From Podarcis vaucheri (taxonomy: Eukaryota), in assembly GCA_965113315.1 (NCBI GenBank), contig OZ220364.1: a stretch of 64,000 bases of DNA; one strand, written 5' to 3'. The notes beneath the pieces are model-generated. The model searched no databases and had not been told where the DNA came from. It saw only the letters and a list, made by a program, of their open reading frames with translations. Made by a program: the position numbers and the translations under genes. Each line of letters opens with the position of its first letter. The first letter of the stretch is position 1. Positions 1 to 12,500 of this stretch are shown here, one piece after another.

Positions 1-989
1 GGGAGAACAGGTGTTTTGTTTTTTTCTGGCAGAAAAGGCATGGAGAAAAGAGAGTTAGAAAACAAACCTGCTGTACAGCTGCTTTTTCTTAAAAAAAAAA
101 AAAAGAAAAAAGAATCTGGGAAGTGACAAGCATGTTTAACATAACTTGTAGTTTGGCCCTGTGACTTTGCTCCAGAACCATCATGGCAAATTTTATATCT
201 CTTTAATGAGGTAAATGGTAGAAAACAACAGCAACAAAAAACACTGCTAATGAATATGGCTCATGACCCAATGGCAAGTACTACAGAGTCACTTAGCAAA
301 ATTAAGGCTGTTGCCAGTGCTGGAAATGAAAGGTTTCTTTTGGATAATTGAACAATAGTAGAAAATGGGCTTGTTATGAAGGGACAATGTAAGCTTTAGA
401 TAGCATTATCTAGTTAGAAAGATATACGAAGTCCTGTCTCTTTATGATGATAAAGTGACTAAAATTGGCTTTGAGGGGTACAAAAAATTAAAATTGTCAC
501 AGTCTCTGCATTCCGGTTTAAAATCTAAAGGCCATACTATGAAAAGAGAAAGATATATAATGAGGGTAAAATAGGAGAATTCAGAAAAAAGCCAATTTTA
601 ATACAAAAACTTTCTGGTTACATAGTAGCCAGATAGAATAGCTACTGAGGTGAAAGTGCTAAGAGAAGGGGATCCAAATGGCAGTAGCCACCAGCAAGTT
701 GAGCTGATAGAGTAGGGCTTTGAGGTGTTGTGTTGCCTTTTGTGCAGAGGAATGATTCATCTGAGAATGTTGTTGTTTGAGTGATGGAAGTGCACAGGGA
801 GATGTATACAGGCATTTGAAATGCACACCAGTTTTCCATGCAGCAGCAAAGGGAGGGCTGTGTAGAATGCATGATCTCAGCTGTGACTTAAGAGTCAATA
901 AATAGTTAATGATTATAAATGCATATATTTTTTAGAGCAACAATTCAATCCATTTCCTTTAGCTGATTTTTGTTGACTGTTCTTTTCAG

Positions 990-3535
990 CACCAAGGCAG
1001 AAGACCGTTTAAAATCCAGGAAAGGCTGTTACAGAGCAAAATCTAGGGGCTCAGCAGATCAAAGAAGCACGACTGCCTTGTGGGATTGCTCTACACGGGA
1101 GACAATGGGTAGTGTCTCCAAAGAAGAAAGCACTTTAGAAAGACTCCCTGGTTTGAAGGATTTAGCAAGCTCCAAGGAAGCAGCACAGAAAAATAATTCT
1201 TATCCAAAGGAACCCACTTCTGCAATGGAACTTAACATTATAAAAACTGTGCAAAGGAATACGGATGATCTAGAAGGGGAGCTTGAGCCGTTAGACCCTG
1301 GCAAAGCAGCAGTGGAAACTTCACCACCCCCTCCTGGAGCACAGACTGTTAGTGGGGATGAAAGACACCATAGCAATGAACCAAAGCAGCTAGAAGCCTT
1401 CAGCAAAGAGCACTTAGACAAAAGGCAAGGGTTGGGAAAGAAGGGCTTTCGGAGGCTTGACTGGCTTTCTGAGCACAATGAGGGGCTAAGGCCTCCCTAC
1501 AGAAATGTAAATAAGCCAACAGATGTAGCAACAAACCTGGCCGTTAGGGGACAGTCTGCACGAGAAGCTTCTTTGTTAGCTCTGCCAGTATTTAGAAAAA
1601 TGCAAAATCCTCACGCAAGTAAAGCGAGGACTGTTGAGAGTGCACTCTCCCCCAGGAAGGGGCAGGCAATGGACTCCGATTTAGCCGAAGTAAGTTCTGC
1701 GAACACTGCTGAGTGGGCATTACAGATGTCGGGGCATCAGACAGCCACGGACCTTTCTGTCCGCAAACATGCTTGGACTGCTAATGCCGGAGATGTTTCG
1801 GAACGTGTTCCTCTGAGATCTGTGAAATCTCCTTCCTGCAGCACCTATGATGACACAAGACCCTATATGCGCAACGCCCTGGTGGAGGAGCAGGGGAAAG
1901 ATGGCGCAGCGCAGGAAGAGGACCCAGCTGTGTACACATGCATTGAATGCAGCATCTATTTTAAGATGAAGGAACATTTGATGGACCATATGCTTCAGCA
2001 TAACAGGGGACTAGGGCTGGATGAAAGCAGAGAGGGCATTGGAGGTCAGTGTCAGTTGACCTGTAGTGAATGTGGATGGGCTTTTGGGGACATTGGTTCT
2101 CTAGAGCAGCACAGGAGACTCCATCAGGAGTCCAGAGAAAAAATCATTGAGGAAATTCAGAAGCTCAATGAATTCCCAGATGAAGGCCGTGATGCCAGGC
2201 TCCAGTGCCCAAAGTGTGTGTTTGGAACCAACTCCTCTAAGGTGTTTGTCCAACATGCAAAGATGCATGTCAAGGAGAGGAAAGATCAAAGTTTGAAGAA
2301 TGTGAACTTGTTTGGCAGTTCCGGTGGTAGTGATCCACGGGACCGCTCCATGCACAACATATATAGTAGACATTTCAGGCCAAATGATCATGTACCTCAA
2401 GTGGCGCATGCACACAGTAGCAACAAAGGTCTTAGCACTTGCATGCTTTGCAGCTTTCCAGCCCCAAATGAAAACATTTTAAAAGAACACATGAAATATG
2501 CTCATTCCCACTTGTCCTGGAACACGGAGTCTTTTGAAGCAGATGTAAACCAGCCTGGAACTAGTAGGGATGCCTACAGCCCTAGCAGGTCAGGCCGATT
2601 TCCAGAAACTGATTATTTGAGCAAAGCAGGCAGACATTTTCCCCAGTCCCACTGTGAAACCACGTCCCACTATGAATCCCTTCATGGCTTCACAGTGGGC
2701 CACCAGAGACTTAATAAAAGCAATGGCACTAATAAAAAAGAAATCCCAATGCCTGGGTTTCGGGCTAGGAAACGAGCTCCCTATAGCTCTTCACATAAGA
2801 TCTTGTCTACTCTTACCTCAGCGAAAGCTTATTCTCCGCATGCCCTGAAACAAATAAGGAATAAAAGCACAGCACCGCCACTTGAGACTGAGAGAGAGAA
2901 TGCCAAAAGCCACCCAGGTGGGCTGGAGGAACTCCAGCACAAATGGTTACCCATAAGCGATATTAGGAGTATGGAAGAAGAATTCCCTTTAGCAACAGAA
3001 ATAGAGTTAGCAGAGAATAGATATTTCAGGCCTGTTGCTATTCCTCAATCTGCTTTGGACCTCAAAAGGAATTTCAGGGGCACTTTGAAGGCAACAGATT
3101 ATCCAATAGCATCAGCGGGGCAGCAGCATCAGTTACGTCACATGGTCCCCATTGTTCTTGTTGATGAGATTAATATTTATCCCAGAAAGATGAAGCGGCC
3201 CAAGATGAAGATTCTCAAGAAAAAGATGTTGCCTCCTTCCCAAGAGTTTGGAATGGATGAATCCCTTCCCTTAGGCGTCTTCCTATTAGATTCCTCTTTA
3301 GAAAGCTCCTTAGAACTGGATGATCTTCTGGATGCAGATTCATTGATGCTGAAGAATGAGGAGAGGAAATGCCCGTACTGTCCTGACAGGTTCCACAATG
3401 GGATTGGCCTAGCCAATCACGTGCGGGGCCACCTGAACAGGGTGGGTGTGAGCTACAATGTCCGTCACTTCATCTCTGCAGAAGAAGTGAAAGCTATTGA
3501 GCAAAAATTTTCCTTCCAAAAGAAGAAGAAAAAAG
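990..3535 (+). CDS. WIZ: WIZ large exon (long isoform), zinc fingers 1-5
   Basis: Acceptor tcttttcAG at 988-989; donor G|GTAGT at 3536. Contains CIEC..H, CSEC..H, CPKC..H, CMLC..H and CPYC..H fingers. An in-frame strong-Kozak ATG (ACAATGG) lies at 1105, so the true coding start is uncertain. Confidence 0.9.
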
Positions 3536-6500
3536 GTAGTATGTATTCAATTTATAATTTTTTCAATTTTTCTAATATTTTTCATTCCTTGAAGATGGGT
3601 ATGTATATTCCCATATTTTCCCTCTCAACAATAGATGTTACAGCATCTTTGCAATGTCTAGTTTTCATAGTTTGGTTTTTAAAAAAAAAAATCATGTGAT
3701 CTAGTGGGGATTCTTTGAAAGCATTTATTGCCTGTTCTTTATGTTTTAATATGACACTGATTATTATCCCCTCTTTCACAGTTGCAAACTTTGATCCAAG
3801 TACTTTCAGTTTAATGAGATGTGAATTCTGTGGGGCTGGCTTTGACACACGTGCAGGATTATCCAGCCACGCCCGAGCTCACCTGAGGGATTTTGGAATC
3901 ACTAACTGGGAGCTCACCATCTCACCAATTAACATTTTGAAGGAGCTACTAGCCAATTCATCAGAATACCCTATGCTTCAGTCTGCACTAGGAACAGATC
4001 CTTCATCGCCAAATCAGGAGAGAGAGATGCTTGGGTTTGGGCCCTGCAAAAGCACGACCCCCATATCTGAATGCAGCATTTCACAATCACCTTTCTCCCC
4101 GTTCCCTCCTTCCTGGGGAGATGAGCCCATGCAGCCCTTCAGAGATGGTAAGCAGAATTTCAGAATTTTACATGCATCCTGGAAACAGTACTTATATTAG
4201 TAAGCGTGCTACCTCCTTAACCCTGCCTGGTGATAACCTTTACAGAACAACCTGAAGGAAGTGATGGTGATTATTATGAACTATAGTGATAAGCAGAGGT
4301 AAAACACAGGATTCAGACATTTCCTAGGAGCCCATGGAGAGGAAGACATCTGGATGTTCCAGGGAGAGGATGGATTCTGATGTCCATCTTTCCTTCCATT
4401 AATGTGTTGAGTGTCTAATTGAGATGTCATGCAGTGGCCCAAGTCTTCCCAGAAGTCATAGACTGGTCTAAGTCCTACTTCAGGGAAGGCTTTTTGAGAT
4501 AAAGGAGTGTATATATAAACACACACATGTCTCAATAAAAGACAAAGTGTGGGAGCAAAGAGAAGGAAACAAGTGTCAAAGCCTAAAACTGGTGTGTGGG
4601 TGGGAATGAGAAAAATATTGGGTGGAAGTGAAGATGAAAGAGGAACAGAGCAGAAAAAGTTTGAGTCAAAGAAGAATGTATAAAGGGGGGGGGGGTCGAA
4701 GAGAAAATAAATAATGATAGTTTGCTAAGTGAGAGGATTGATTCTATGGGAAGTGGATGTGTTAACCAGGACCACATAGGAATGCATATGAGTTGGGTAA
4801 CATTTTTCTTCCTGACCTCCTAGGCAAATCACCAGACCAATTTTTTAAGCAGCCAGTCATAACTGGGTGCTCAGGTTTTGCATCCCTGATGAAAAAGTAA
4901 AGCAGATCAAAAGTAATGACTAATCTCTCTCCCATCTGTAGTAGGAAGTGTTCAGTTATTTTCTCCAGTCATAATATGAAGTGTGCCTCAAAATCTGATC
5001 TAAATCTAAAACAAATAGGAAAATACATCATGTTGCCATGTCATATCCTTACCATCTGGCTACATTTCAGGCCAGCCTGTTCTGACCTAAGTTGTCTCAC
5101 TGTGACAACTTAGGTTCTTACTATTAGATTTTTGTCTGTACAGCTTGTCTTCTCTGGGCATGGTTCTGAGGTTTTCTCACTGGAAAAACTTTCATGGTGC
5201 AGAAAGAGACTGTAATAAAGTTGTCATGATGTTACTTAAACGATAAACCGCTTCACATACACAGTTCTACAAGGGTATAATTACTTTCAATCTCCATCCC
5301 ATTCCTATTATTTTGTATTCTTTAAGCTTTATATAACCAGTATTAAACCATTTTCGGCCAGTAGTCTGAACTTCGTTCATTGGTTTGAAGAATTGATGGA
5401 TACAGTTACATTGTAGGCGCATGGTAATTAGCAAGTGACATATTTGTGATCTGTAATACCAACTAAGGTAGAAAATAGATTTCTGCATAGTTTCTTCTAT
5501 AGGACTTGGAATGTATTTCTGATCCCAAATCCCATCTTGTCTATGCTGTTTACTGAAGTCTAAAGAAAAAGGTGTGAGTGTGCATTGCCACTAAGTGGAC
5601 TTGGTGTTAAGGAGCCGATACAAGTCCTCCTATCTGTGGAATGGCATTTAGCAAATGCAAGGAATGCCAAATGGCAGATTCAAAAGGAATTTTGCAGGCA
5701 TTGCTACACTGTGAAATGAAGAAAAGTTGTATGTTTGGCTCCAGGAATGGTCTGTAGGCACATAATGCCTATCCACAGTTCTTGCCCTGTGAGCTGCCTG
5801 GATGAGAGACTGCTTGGAAGCCATAAGTAAGTCACCCTTTAGAAAAGGAGCAGGGTATAAATGCAATAAATAATCAATTAACATGTTTACTAGCCCTCAA
5901 TATATCATTCATTATATACAAGCTGCCAGATGGACGTTTCTGCAAATAAATGTTTTTATCTAAAAAGCAGCGGATGGGAATAATGGTGTGCATTTCTAAC
6001 TCTTATGAGGTAATCTATACTAAGAACTGTGAAAAATCAGCAGTTGGCTTTGCAAAGTGGAGACATCATGTAGCTAGAAAATTTGCCTAAACACACAAAC
6101 AACTGTCAGAAACTGCATATGGTGTCATCAGCATGCACATACCTATTAATTTACCTATCAATTTACTTAACATTCTTGCAGTACTGAGGACAGCAATACA
6201 GCTTATAGGAAATTATGGTGGAGACTGTAACGGAAAGCTGACTGCAGAAAAGTATCATGCTGTGTTATGGGAAACCAAACATTCATGGATTTCTGTTGCT
6301 AGTCAAATGCATTAAGGTTAGCAGTGACATGAACAAAATCTTTGATGCCTTGTCGTTCTGGATGCATTCAGAAATGAAATAAAACAGCTTAATTGGCATT
6401 ACTTACTCAGCTTTAAGTTCTAGTAAGAGAGAAGGGTACTGAAAGCAAGGTAGGGAACATGGACCAAAAAATGGATGGCTTCATAACCTTTTCCTGATTT

Positions 6501-9500
6501 GTGGAAGAAGGATTGCAGAATTCAGTGGTGCCAAGATCACTATGATATAAAAAGAAAAAGTAAAACCTCCAGCAACTTCCCTTGATGGAAGACTTGCAAA
6601 TCTTCATCTCAAAAGGTGGTTGCATTTGTACATCATGAAAGGAACAAGTATTGGGTGCTAGACAAAGGTCAGGGGATTCTCAGATCTGTGTATGTCAAAG
6701 ATGTGTGGCCCTTCAGATATTGCTGGACTATAACTCCCCTAATCCCTGACCTTAAAGGTAAAGGTAAAGGGACCCCTGACCATTAGGTCCAGTCGTGACC
6801 GACTCTGGGGTTGCTGCGCTCATCTCGCTTTACTCGCCGAGGGAGCCGGCGTACAGCTTCCGGGTCATGTGGCCAGCATGACTAAGCCGTTTCTGGCGAA
6901 CCAGAGCAGCGCACGGAAACGCCATTTACCTTCCCGCCGGAGCGGTACCTATTTATCTTCTTGCACTTTGACGTGCTTTCGAACTGCTAGGTTCGCAGGA
7001 GCAGGGATCGAGCAACCGGAGCTCACCCCGTTGCGGGGATTCGAACCGCCAACCTTCTGATCGGCAAGTCCTAGGCTCTGTGGTTTAACCCACAGCGCCA
7101 CCAGGGTCCCTATCCCTGACCTTAGGCTATGCTAATTGAGGATGATGTACAGTGGTACCCCGCAAGACGAATGCCTCGCAAGACGGGAAACCCGCAAGAC
7201 GAAAGGGTTTTCTGTTTTGGAGGCGCTTCGCAAGACGAATTTCCCTATGGGCTTGCATCGCAAGACGAAAGCCCATAGGGAAATGCTGGCGGTCAGGAGC
7301 AAAGACTTTCGCCCACAGCCGGCCTTCAGAAGAGGACCTCTTCTGAAGGCCGGCGGGGGGCAAAAGTCTTTGCTCCCCCCCGCCTGCCTTCCCCCCGCCT
7401 GCCCCGGGCGATCTTAAAATGCTGGCGGGCGGGAGCGAAGCGTTCGCTGCCGACCCCCAGCATTTTAAAATCTCCCCGTGTCCCGGGAAGATTTTAAAAT
7501 GCTGGGGGTCGGGAGCGAAGCGCTGCCGACCCCCAGCATTTTAAAATCTCCCCGTGTCCTGGGAAGATTTTAAAATGCTGGGGGTCGGCAGCGCTTCGCT
7601 CCCCACCCCCAGCATTTTAAAACGCTGTTCCGAAGTGGGGCGGGGGGGGCGGGAACACCTGGCCCCGCCGCCCCACTTCGGAAAGCTCTTCCGAAGTGGG
7701 GAGGGGGGGCGGGACACCTGGCCCCGCCGCCCCACTTCGGAAAGCTCTTCCGAAGTGGGGAGGGGGGTCGGGAACACCTGGCCCCGCCGCCCCACTTCGG
7801 AAAGCTCTTCCGAAGTGGGGAGGAGGGTCGGGAACACCTGGCCCCGCCGCCCCACTTCGGAAAGCTCTTCCGAAGTGGGGAGGGGGGTCAGGAACACCTG
7901 GCCCCGCCGCCCCACTTCGGAAAGCTGTTCCGAAGGGGGGGCGGGGACACCTGGCCCCGCCGCCCCACTTCGGAAAGCTCTTCCGAAGTGGGGAGGGGGG
8001 TCGGGAACACCTGGCCCCACCGCCCCACTTCGGAAAGCTCTTCCGAAGTGGGGAGGGGGGTCGGGAACACCTGGCCCCGCCGCCCCACTTCGGAAAGCTC
8101 TTCCGAAGTGGGGAGGGGGGTCGGGAACACCTGGCCCCGCCGCCCCACTTCAGAAAGCTGTTCCGAAGTGGGGAGGGGGGCGGGGACACCTGGCCCCGCC
8201 GCCCCACTTCGGAAAGCTGTTCCGAAGTGGGGCGGGGGGGCGGGGACACCTGGCCCCGCCGCCCCACTTCGGAAAGCTCTTCCGAAGTGGGGAGGGGGGT
8301 CGGGAACACCTGGCCCCGCCGCCCCACTTCGGAAAGCTGTTCCGAAGTGGGGCGGGGGGCGGGAACACCTTCTGAAGGCGGGCAGGGGGCGAAAGTCTTT
8401 GTCCCCCCCGCCTGCCTTCCCAGGGGCTTTTAAATAGCCCCGCACAGCGGAGAAGTCCTCCGCTGTCCCAGGGTTTTTTAAAATGCTGGGGGTGGGAAGA
8501 AAAGCCCTTGTCCCCCCCCCCAGCCTTCAGAAGAGGTCCGGGGACAGACTGTCCCCGGACCTGGTCTGAAGGTGGTTTCCCTAGGAACCCATTAATTGAT
8601 TTTCAATGCATTCCTATGGGAAACCGTGCATCGCAAGACGAAAAAACCGCAAGACGAAGAGAATTGCGGAACGAATTAATTTCGTCTTGCGAGGCACCAC
8701 TGTAAATTGGAATGCACAGCCTTAGGAGGGAAGGCCAAAGAAGGAGTGGCTGCAGCTCTGTCTCCTGTAAAAGCTGATTCCTCCCTCAAGAGTGAAGCTG
8801 TAATCAGAAATAAAAGCTGCCAGTCAGGAACATGGTCATCTGAGGACATATCTTTATATAAAACCTTCTGGTGCTTCTGCTTTCACTACTATAGGCAGTT
8901 GTGGAAGATGATCCTTTAAGAACAAGAACTATGTATCTCTGCTGCATACTGACAGCCAATATAGAAAGTAGTTTAGCCTAACCTGACTACAGTACAGAGA
9001 AAAATGGCAGCATTTTCAGGCAGCAGTTACATTATATACATGTAGCTTTATTATGTAAAATATGGAAATACAATGAGACTAAAGTGACTAGGAAGATGGA
9101 GTCTGATGTTAGTGAAGAAAGCAACTCTAGAATGTTTTGCTTCTCCTCATGAAAAATACTAGGAATTTATTTTCTTCTTCAGCTCAGTTTTCAGTAATAT
9201 GTTGAACAGTTGGGTTTTCTGTAGGCAAAATGGAGATCTAGCTTGAAACCAATGCTAGCCTGCAATGAGAAAATTATAGCTCATCCTTTACAGATCATTA
9301 TTTATCTTAATGCAAATGCCTTTTGCTTTAAAATATTATGAGTAGGACTCCACTGAACTTTATGCTCTCTCTAATTTATCTGTATCCATAAAATACAGAC
9401 ATCTCTATATTTTCAAGGCCTTACTAAGCCAAGCAACACCACAAAGAACAAAATATTTTTTTATTATTATTTAAGCAAGTAGCATTGGTTGATTAGATTT

Positions 9501-12500
9501 CTGGCAGGCTTTTATGTAATTTGGAAGTCTGGGGAAATCTCCCATTTGGATTAACCAATTCATTATAAATCTCGGGATAAAGTGTTCATTGGATTCCTAA
9601 TACATGCCCAGAGTATATAAACCCTAGAAACATGGGGAACAATGTTCCTCTTCTTAAGAAGTGGTTTCTTGTGGGGTATTTTTGTTTGTTTGTAGATAGC
9701 GAAGGTTTTCAATTATAGACGTTGAGAAAGTTCAACATTAAGACACTTCTTTTTGGAAGCTAATTGTTCATAGGCTCATATTCATTTTGTTACCTTAGCA
9801 AAGAAAAAGAATGAATTTGTGATTTTAACCATTCTTTCCCTCCTCTTTGTGTGGCAAAAACACAGACCAGCATTGTGTCACTCTGTCTCTATCTCTGCAT
9901 TTTTTGCCAACCACTGGAAGGTCATGTACAATGAAACTTAACTGCCATGCTTTCTTACTCCCCAACCCCCGGTGACCTAAACCCTTCATGGATATATTTT
10001 GAGGCATGTATTTCAGATATCGCCTAAATCTGCATACATAGATGGCTGGGTCTCTCTCTAACTCGTGCAAAGTCTGTAGATTCCAAAGAGGCATGGACCT
10101 TGTTTTGAGTGGCATGTGGGCTAAAAGCATCTTGGTCATTTTTTATTTTATCATCTGGACTTCCTATTCTTAATGCTGACCCTAAACTGTAGCATTCTGG
10201 TTTTAGATAATTTCATCTAACCGAAGCCAATTAATCGTTTTTACCTCTTTTTTCAGGGAGGGTATCAATTCTCACAATGAGATAATATATTTTCTAGAAC
10301 TCTTGAGTTGTTACTATTGATAAAATCCCTTTCTTTGGCAACAGGAAGTGAATCAACAATTTTCATAGCTTGGTAAAATGTTGTAACAGTGCTGAAGACC
10401 CAAGAAAACTACAGAATACAAGGTTGGATCAGTGCTGTTAAAACATATATGGTCTATGAGCCCAGCCTGGCCCACAAAGTATATTCTGTCCATTCTACAG
10501 CTGCTAAAAGCATATGCCATTACAGAAGAAGGAAAGAGGACCCCTTCCTAACAGTTTTATTAAAATCAGTTGTCACTTTTTTATGCACCTAGTGCTGGTG
10601 AAGAAAATGCATTATTTGCCTGCTGAAAGGCAGTTCCTTTTTTTCTGTCCCTAGGCATTTGCTTAGTGATGAATTCAACCCCCAACTCACATTACTGGAG
10701 ATGAAAAATATATGAATACAGTTACAGAGAAATGAAAATTTAAATATAGGAATAGAAAATTTAGATAAATGTGAAATAGGGCTTACACCCAGATAAGTGG
10801 GATTATGATTGCAACAAAAGAGAGGCGATATTTGCATTGCATTTCACTTTCAGAAAAATGGTCTTCTGATTGAAATATTTCTCTCCCTTATCTTACGGCT
10901 CAAAAGCAGCTTTGCTCATCCTGAACTGATGGAGAGGATGTTGGATTTTAAGCACACTTTAGTGCATATTTATTCTTTTTGGCATGGTTCATCTTTCTTA
11001 ATCTTCAGAACAGAAGGGAAGATCTGTTTATTAGAATAGGTGCAACTGAAGCAAGGAATAAAAAACCAGGATGGAATTTACTGTCTTCTATTAAACTGTC
11101 AGCTTTCTTTGTATCTATGATCTGGGCCCCTCCATTACAAATGGGTTTGGACCTGAAAAAAGCCTAACTGCAATGCAAGGAAGTGTCCAAAGTGCCAAAT
11201 CTGATTGGGATTTAAGGGAAGACAGTCTTCTTTAGGCAGTTGATCTTTATAAGTGGATCTGAAGGAAACCCTGTTTTCTCAGCCTTGAGATAAAAGGGGG
11301 CTTTTCATAAATTACAACTTATTTTAAAAATTACAACAGATACATAAATATGTTGTATTTCGATTAATCTGTTATCTTGCTTTGCTACCTACACAGGAGC
11401 AATTGCTGTTTAACTAGATTGAGGTTGCAACTGTGACAGCTATATCCTCCACCACTTCAGTGCACTTGAGTCATTTTGTAGTTTGGGGCTAGAAAACTGT
11501 GGCCATTCAATTAAGTGGTTTTCCAAATGAAGAAACAGGAAAAAAATGTTTTAAAAACTGTTCCTTAAAGATTCAGAGTGTTTTTATACACCTCACGTTG
11601 CTTGTCTGCTGTGAAGCTCTTTATCTCTCTTTCAGCAGTATTATTCTGAAGGTGTTCTGGCCACAGAGTGCATCTTCTTCTCTCGGTTTTTTGCTTTCCC
11701 CACCTGCCCGCTCGCAAACTGGCCCCCTTTCCTTTTCTGCCTCCTCCGTCCTAGCTGTGGCCAGGAGAGTTAGGTGCTCTACTGCTCTCGTCTGCTGGAG
11801 CCTTAAGCGCGCGGCTTCCATCCTTGCTGGCTTTCCCTTAATCTGCCGTTCGATGGTGGAGTAGTTTTGCCTGGGCCCGTACCCTGATCGCTTCGTGCTT
11901 TTCGCTGCATCTCTCTGAGCCTGTGGATTCCTCCTGGTTCGGCTGGGCCGGCTTCTCTTGGGTGGACTCGGCGCTCGACTATTCCACCTGATCGCACTCA
12001 GTTGGAGTCTCGGCGCTCCGCCGCCCCGCCTGGCTGCCGCCCCGCATGTGCCGGACCCAAGATGGCGGCCTCCACCCCCTCGCAGCCCAAAGCGACAAAA
12101 GCGGTGGCGGCGCCGCGGCCCCGAGAGGATGAAGCGAGCACGGGTCCTCCGCCCGAGGCCGGTAAGTCCCCGGAAGGCGAGGAGGAAGACCTGTCCGTTA
12201 GGCAGGAGGGCCGATCGGGAGGTGTCATGCTGGAGACCTGCTTTTCCTTCCTCGCCCCCCCCCCTCGCCCGCCGCCTCCGGGGCAGCCCGGTCTGCGCCC
12301 TCAGGGATCGCGGCGCCTGTCCCTTTCTGGGGGTGGCGTGAGGTCGGGTCGGGTCGGGTGGCTGGCAGGCGGCAGCGCCTTGCTTCTCCGAGCCGAGTCC
12401 GTGGTAGCTTTCCTGTCAAGGCCTGGTAGCCCGCGGCTCTCCTCCTCCTTCCCCGCCAACGGGGCGCCCGGGTATCTCGGCCGTGCCTTCCCCGCTGGTC

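Larger units (their letters stand above)
7150..8702. mobile_element. Non-autonomous Tc1/mariner (Tigger/pogo-like) element carrying internal hairpin repeats
   Basis: TA flanks at 7148-7149 and 8703-8704; 22-bp TIRs CAGTGGTACCCCGCAAGACGAA / CAGTGGTGCCTCGCAAGACGAA (2 mismatches); repeated subterminal GCAAGACG motifs; no transposase. Confidence 0.92.

Noticed and set aside
3536-3699. C-terminal extension of the 909-aa ORF (and similar tails on other exon ORFs)
   Set aside because: Intronic read-through past clear donors; homology resumes in the next exon.
7628-8370. CRISPR-like array (regularly spaced palindromic repeats)
   Set aside because: The intervening sequences are near-identical rather than unique spacers, there are no cas genes, and the array lies in a vertebrate intron inside a MITE.
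7541-8445. Overlapping 72-273 aa ORFs on both strands
   Set aside because: Artefact of a stop-free, GC-rich 60-bp repeat; no transposase or other domain.
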